DNA of 64,000 nt from Phaeosaccion multiseriatum. Taxonomy: Eukaryota > Protista > Ochrophyta, other classes. The position numbers and the translations under genes are program-made. Every line of letters starts with the position of its first letter. The stretch's first letter is position 1. The stretch lies in the NCBI GenBank assembly GCA_965112735.1, contig OZ218958.1, forward strand, positions 3,563,894 through 3,627,893. Reading direction: 5' to 3'. Of the stretch, positions 61,701-64,000 are shown piece by piece. The notes beneath the pieces were generated by a model. It was not told the DNA's origin and ran no database searches. It saw nothing but the letters and a program-made list of their open reading frames with translations.

Positions 61701-63964
61701 AGGCCAGGCCAGGCCAGGCCAGGCCAGGCCAGGCCAGGCCAGGCCAGGCCAGGCCAGGCCAGGCCAGGCCAGGCCAGGCCAGGCCAGGCCAGGCCAGGCC
61801 AGGCCAGGCCAGGCCAGGCCAGGCCAGGCCAGGCCAGGCCAGGCCAGGCCAGGCCAGGCCAGGCCAGGCCAGGCCAGGCCAGGCCAGGCCAGGCCAGGCC
61901 AGGCCAGGCCAGGCCAGGCCAGGCCAGGCCAGGCCAGGCCAGGCCAGGCCAGGCCAGGCCAGGCCAGGCCAGGCCAGGCCAGGCCAGGCCAGGCCAGGCC
62001 AGGCCAGGCCAGGCCAGGCCAGGCCAGGCCAGGCCAGGCCAGGCCAGGCCAGGCCAGGCCAGGCCAGGCCAGGCCAGGCCAGGCCAGGCCAGGCCAGGCC
62101 AGGCCAGGCCAGGCCAGGCCAGGCCAGGCCAGGCCAGGCCAGGCCAGGCCAGGCCAGGCCAGGCCAGGCCAGGCCAGGCCAGGCCAGGCCAGGCCAGGCC
62201 AGGCCAGGCCAGGCCAGGCCAGGCCAGGCCAGGCCAGGCCAGGCCAGGCCAGGCCAGGCCAGGCCAGGCCAGGCCAGGCCAGGCCAGGCCAGGCCAGGCC
62301 AGGCCAGGCCAGGCCAGGCCAGGCCAGGCCAGGCCAGGCCAGGCCAGGCCAGGCCAGGCCAGGCCAGGCCAGGCCAGGCCAGGCCAGGCCAGGCCAGGCC
62401 AGGCCAGGCCAGGCCAGGCCAGGCCAGGCCAGGCCAGGCCAGGCCAGGCCAGGCCAGGCCAGGCCAGGCCAGGCCAGGCCAGGCCAGGCCAGGCCAGGCC
62501 AGGCCAGGCCAGGCCAGGCCAGGCCAGGCCAGGCCAGGCCAGGCCAGGCCAGGCCAGGCCAGGCCAGGCCAGGCCAGGCCAGGCCAGGCCAGGCCAGGCC
62601 AGGCCAGGCCAGGCCAGGCCAGGCCAGGCCAGGCCAGGCCAGGCCAGGCCAGGCCAGGCCAGGCCAGGCCAGGCCAGGCCAGGCCAGGCCAGGCCAGGCC
62701 AGGCCAGGCCAGGCCAGGCCAGGCCAGGCCAGGCCAGGCCAGGCCAGGCCAGGCCAGGCCAGGCCAGGCCAGGCCAGGCCAGGCCAGGCCAGGCCAGGCC
62801 AGGCCAGGCCAGGCCAGGCCAGGCCAGGCCAGGCCAGGCCAGGCCAGGCCAGGCCAGGCCAGGCCAGGCCAGGCCAGGCCAGGCCAGGCCAGGCCAGGCC
62901 AGGCCAGGCCAGGCCAGGCCAGGCCAGGCCAGGCCAGGCCAGGCCAGGCCAGGCCAGGCCAGGCCAGGCCAGGCCAGGCCAGGCCAGGCCAGGCCAGGCC
63001 AGGCCAGGCCAGGCCAGGCCAGGCCAGGCCAGGCCAGGCCAGGCCAGGCCAGGCCAGGCCAGGCCAGGCCAGGCCAGGCCAGGCCAGGCCAGGCCAGGCC
63101 AGGCCAGGCCAGGCCAGGCCAGGCCAGGCCAGGCCAGGCCAGGCCAGGCCAGGCCAGGCCAGGCCAGGCCAGGCCAGGCCAGGCCAGGCCAGGCCAGGCC
63201 AGGCCAGGCCAGGCCAGGCCAGGCCAGGCCAGGCCAGGCCAGGCCAGGCCAGGCCAGGCCAGGCCAGGCCAGGCCAGGCCAGGCCAGGCCAGGCCAGGCC
63301 AGGCCAGGCCAGGCCAGGCCAGGCCAGGCCAGGCCAGGCCAGGCCAGGCCAGGCCAGGCCAGGCCAGGCCAGGCCAGGCCAGGCCAGGCCAGGCCAGGCC
63401 AGGCCAGGCCAGGCCAGGCCAGGCCAGGCCAGGCCAGGCCAGGCCAGGCCAGGCCAGGCCAGGCCAGGCCAGGCCAGGCCAGGCCAGGCCAGGCCAGGCC
63501 AGGCCAGGCCAGGCCAGGCCAGGCCAGGCCAGGCCAGCCCAGGCCAGGCCAGGCCAGGCCAGGCCAGGCCAGGCCAGGCCAGGCCAGGCCAGGCCAGGCC
63601 AGGCCAGGCCAGGCCAGGCCAGGCCAGGCCAGGCCAGGCCAGGCCAGGCCAGGCCAGGCCAGGCCAGGCCAGGCCAGGCCAGGGCCAGGCCAGGCCAGGC
63701 CAGGCCAGGCCAGGCCAGGCCAGGCCAGGCCAGGCCAGGCCAGGCCAGGCCAGGCCAGGCCAGGCCAGGCCAGGCCAGGCCAGGCCAGGCCAGGCCAGGC
63801 CAGGCCAGGCCAGGCCAGGCCAGGCCAGCCCAGGCCAGGGCCAGGCCAGGCCCAGGCCAGGCCAGCCAGGCCAGGCCAGGCCAGCCCAGGCCAGCCAGGC
63901 CAGGCCAGGGCCAGGCCAGGCCAGGCCAGGCCAGGCCAGGCCAGGCCAGGCCAGGCCAGGCCAG
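55773..63964 (+). repeat. ~8.2-kb (CCAGG)n array in telomeric position (possible miscalled TTAGGG)
   Basis: Near-perfect pentamer array. CCAGGG/CCAG/CCAGC variants occur only near its two ends. Confidence 0.9.
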
Positions 63965-64000
63965 TTAGGGTTAGGGTTAGGGTTAGGGTTAGGGTTAGGG
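63965..64000 (+). repeat. Terminal telomeric repeat (TTAGGG)6
   Basis: G-rich strand runs 5'->3' to the end of the sequence. Confidence 0.95.

Noticed and set aside
55674-63968. 2764-aa (PGQAR)n ORF
   Set aside because: Trivial result of a stop-free pentamer repeat in telomeric position; not a gene.

Overview
Distal 64 kb of a eukaryotic chromosome arm ending in a telomere. The genes are GC-rich with GT-AG introns. The host is probably a flagellated photosynthetic alga with a red-lineage complex plastid, such as an ochrophyte; this is inferred from an ASAFAP-like bipartite presequence on a RETICULATA-family protein, LCIB/theta-CA genes, ciliary-type genes (CFAP418, TPPP) and TTAGGG repeats. 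Order: partial CFAP418/C8orf37-like gene (-); NOVA/BTR1-like 3xKH protein (-); CHERP (+); four tandem, apparently intact LCIB/theta-carbonic anhydrase genes (-), with decayed CHERP 3' ends in the spacers and a 2.4-kb inverted-repeat-bounded insertion between copies 3 and 4; a P-domain/somatomedin-B type I membrane protein (+); an intronless multi-TM protein (+); RETICULATA-related protein (-); a double-p25alpha TPPP (-); a DENND4-like Rab GEF (+). Next is an ~8.3-kb subtelomeric 176-bp satellite with two copies of a 303-bp solo-LTR-like insert and nested higher-order duplications. The terminal tract is (TTAGGG)2-(CCAGG)~1640-(TTAGGG)6, which is either a novel compound telomere or, more likely, a long-read basecalling artefact. 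Exon boundaries were read by eye, and family calls come from recalled motifs, not database searches.
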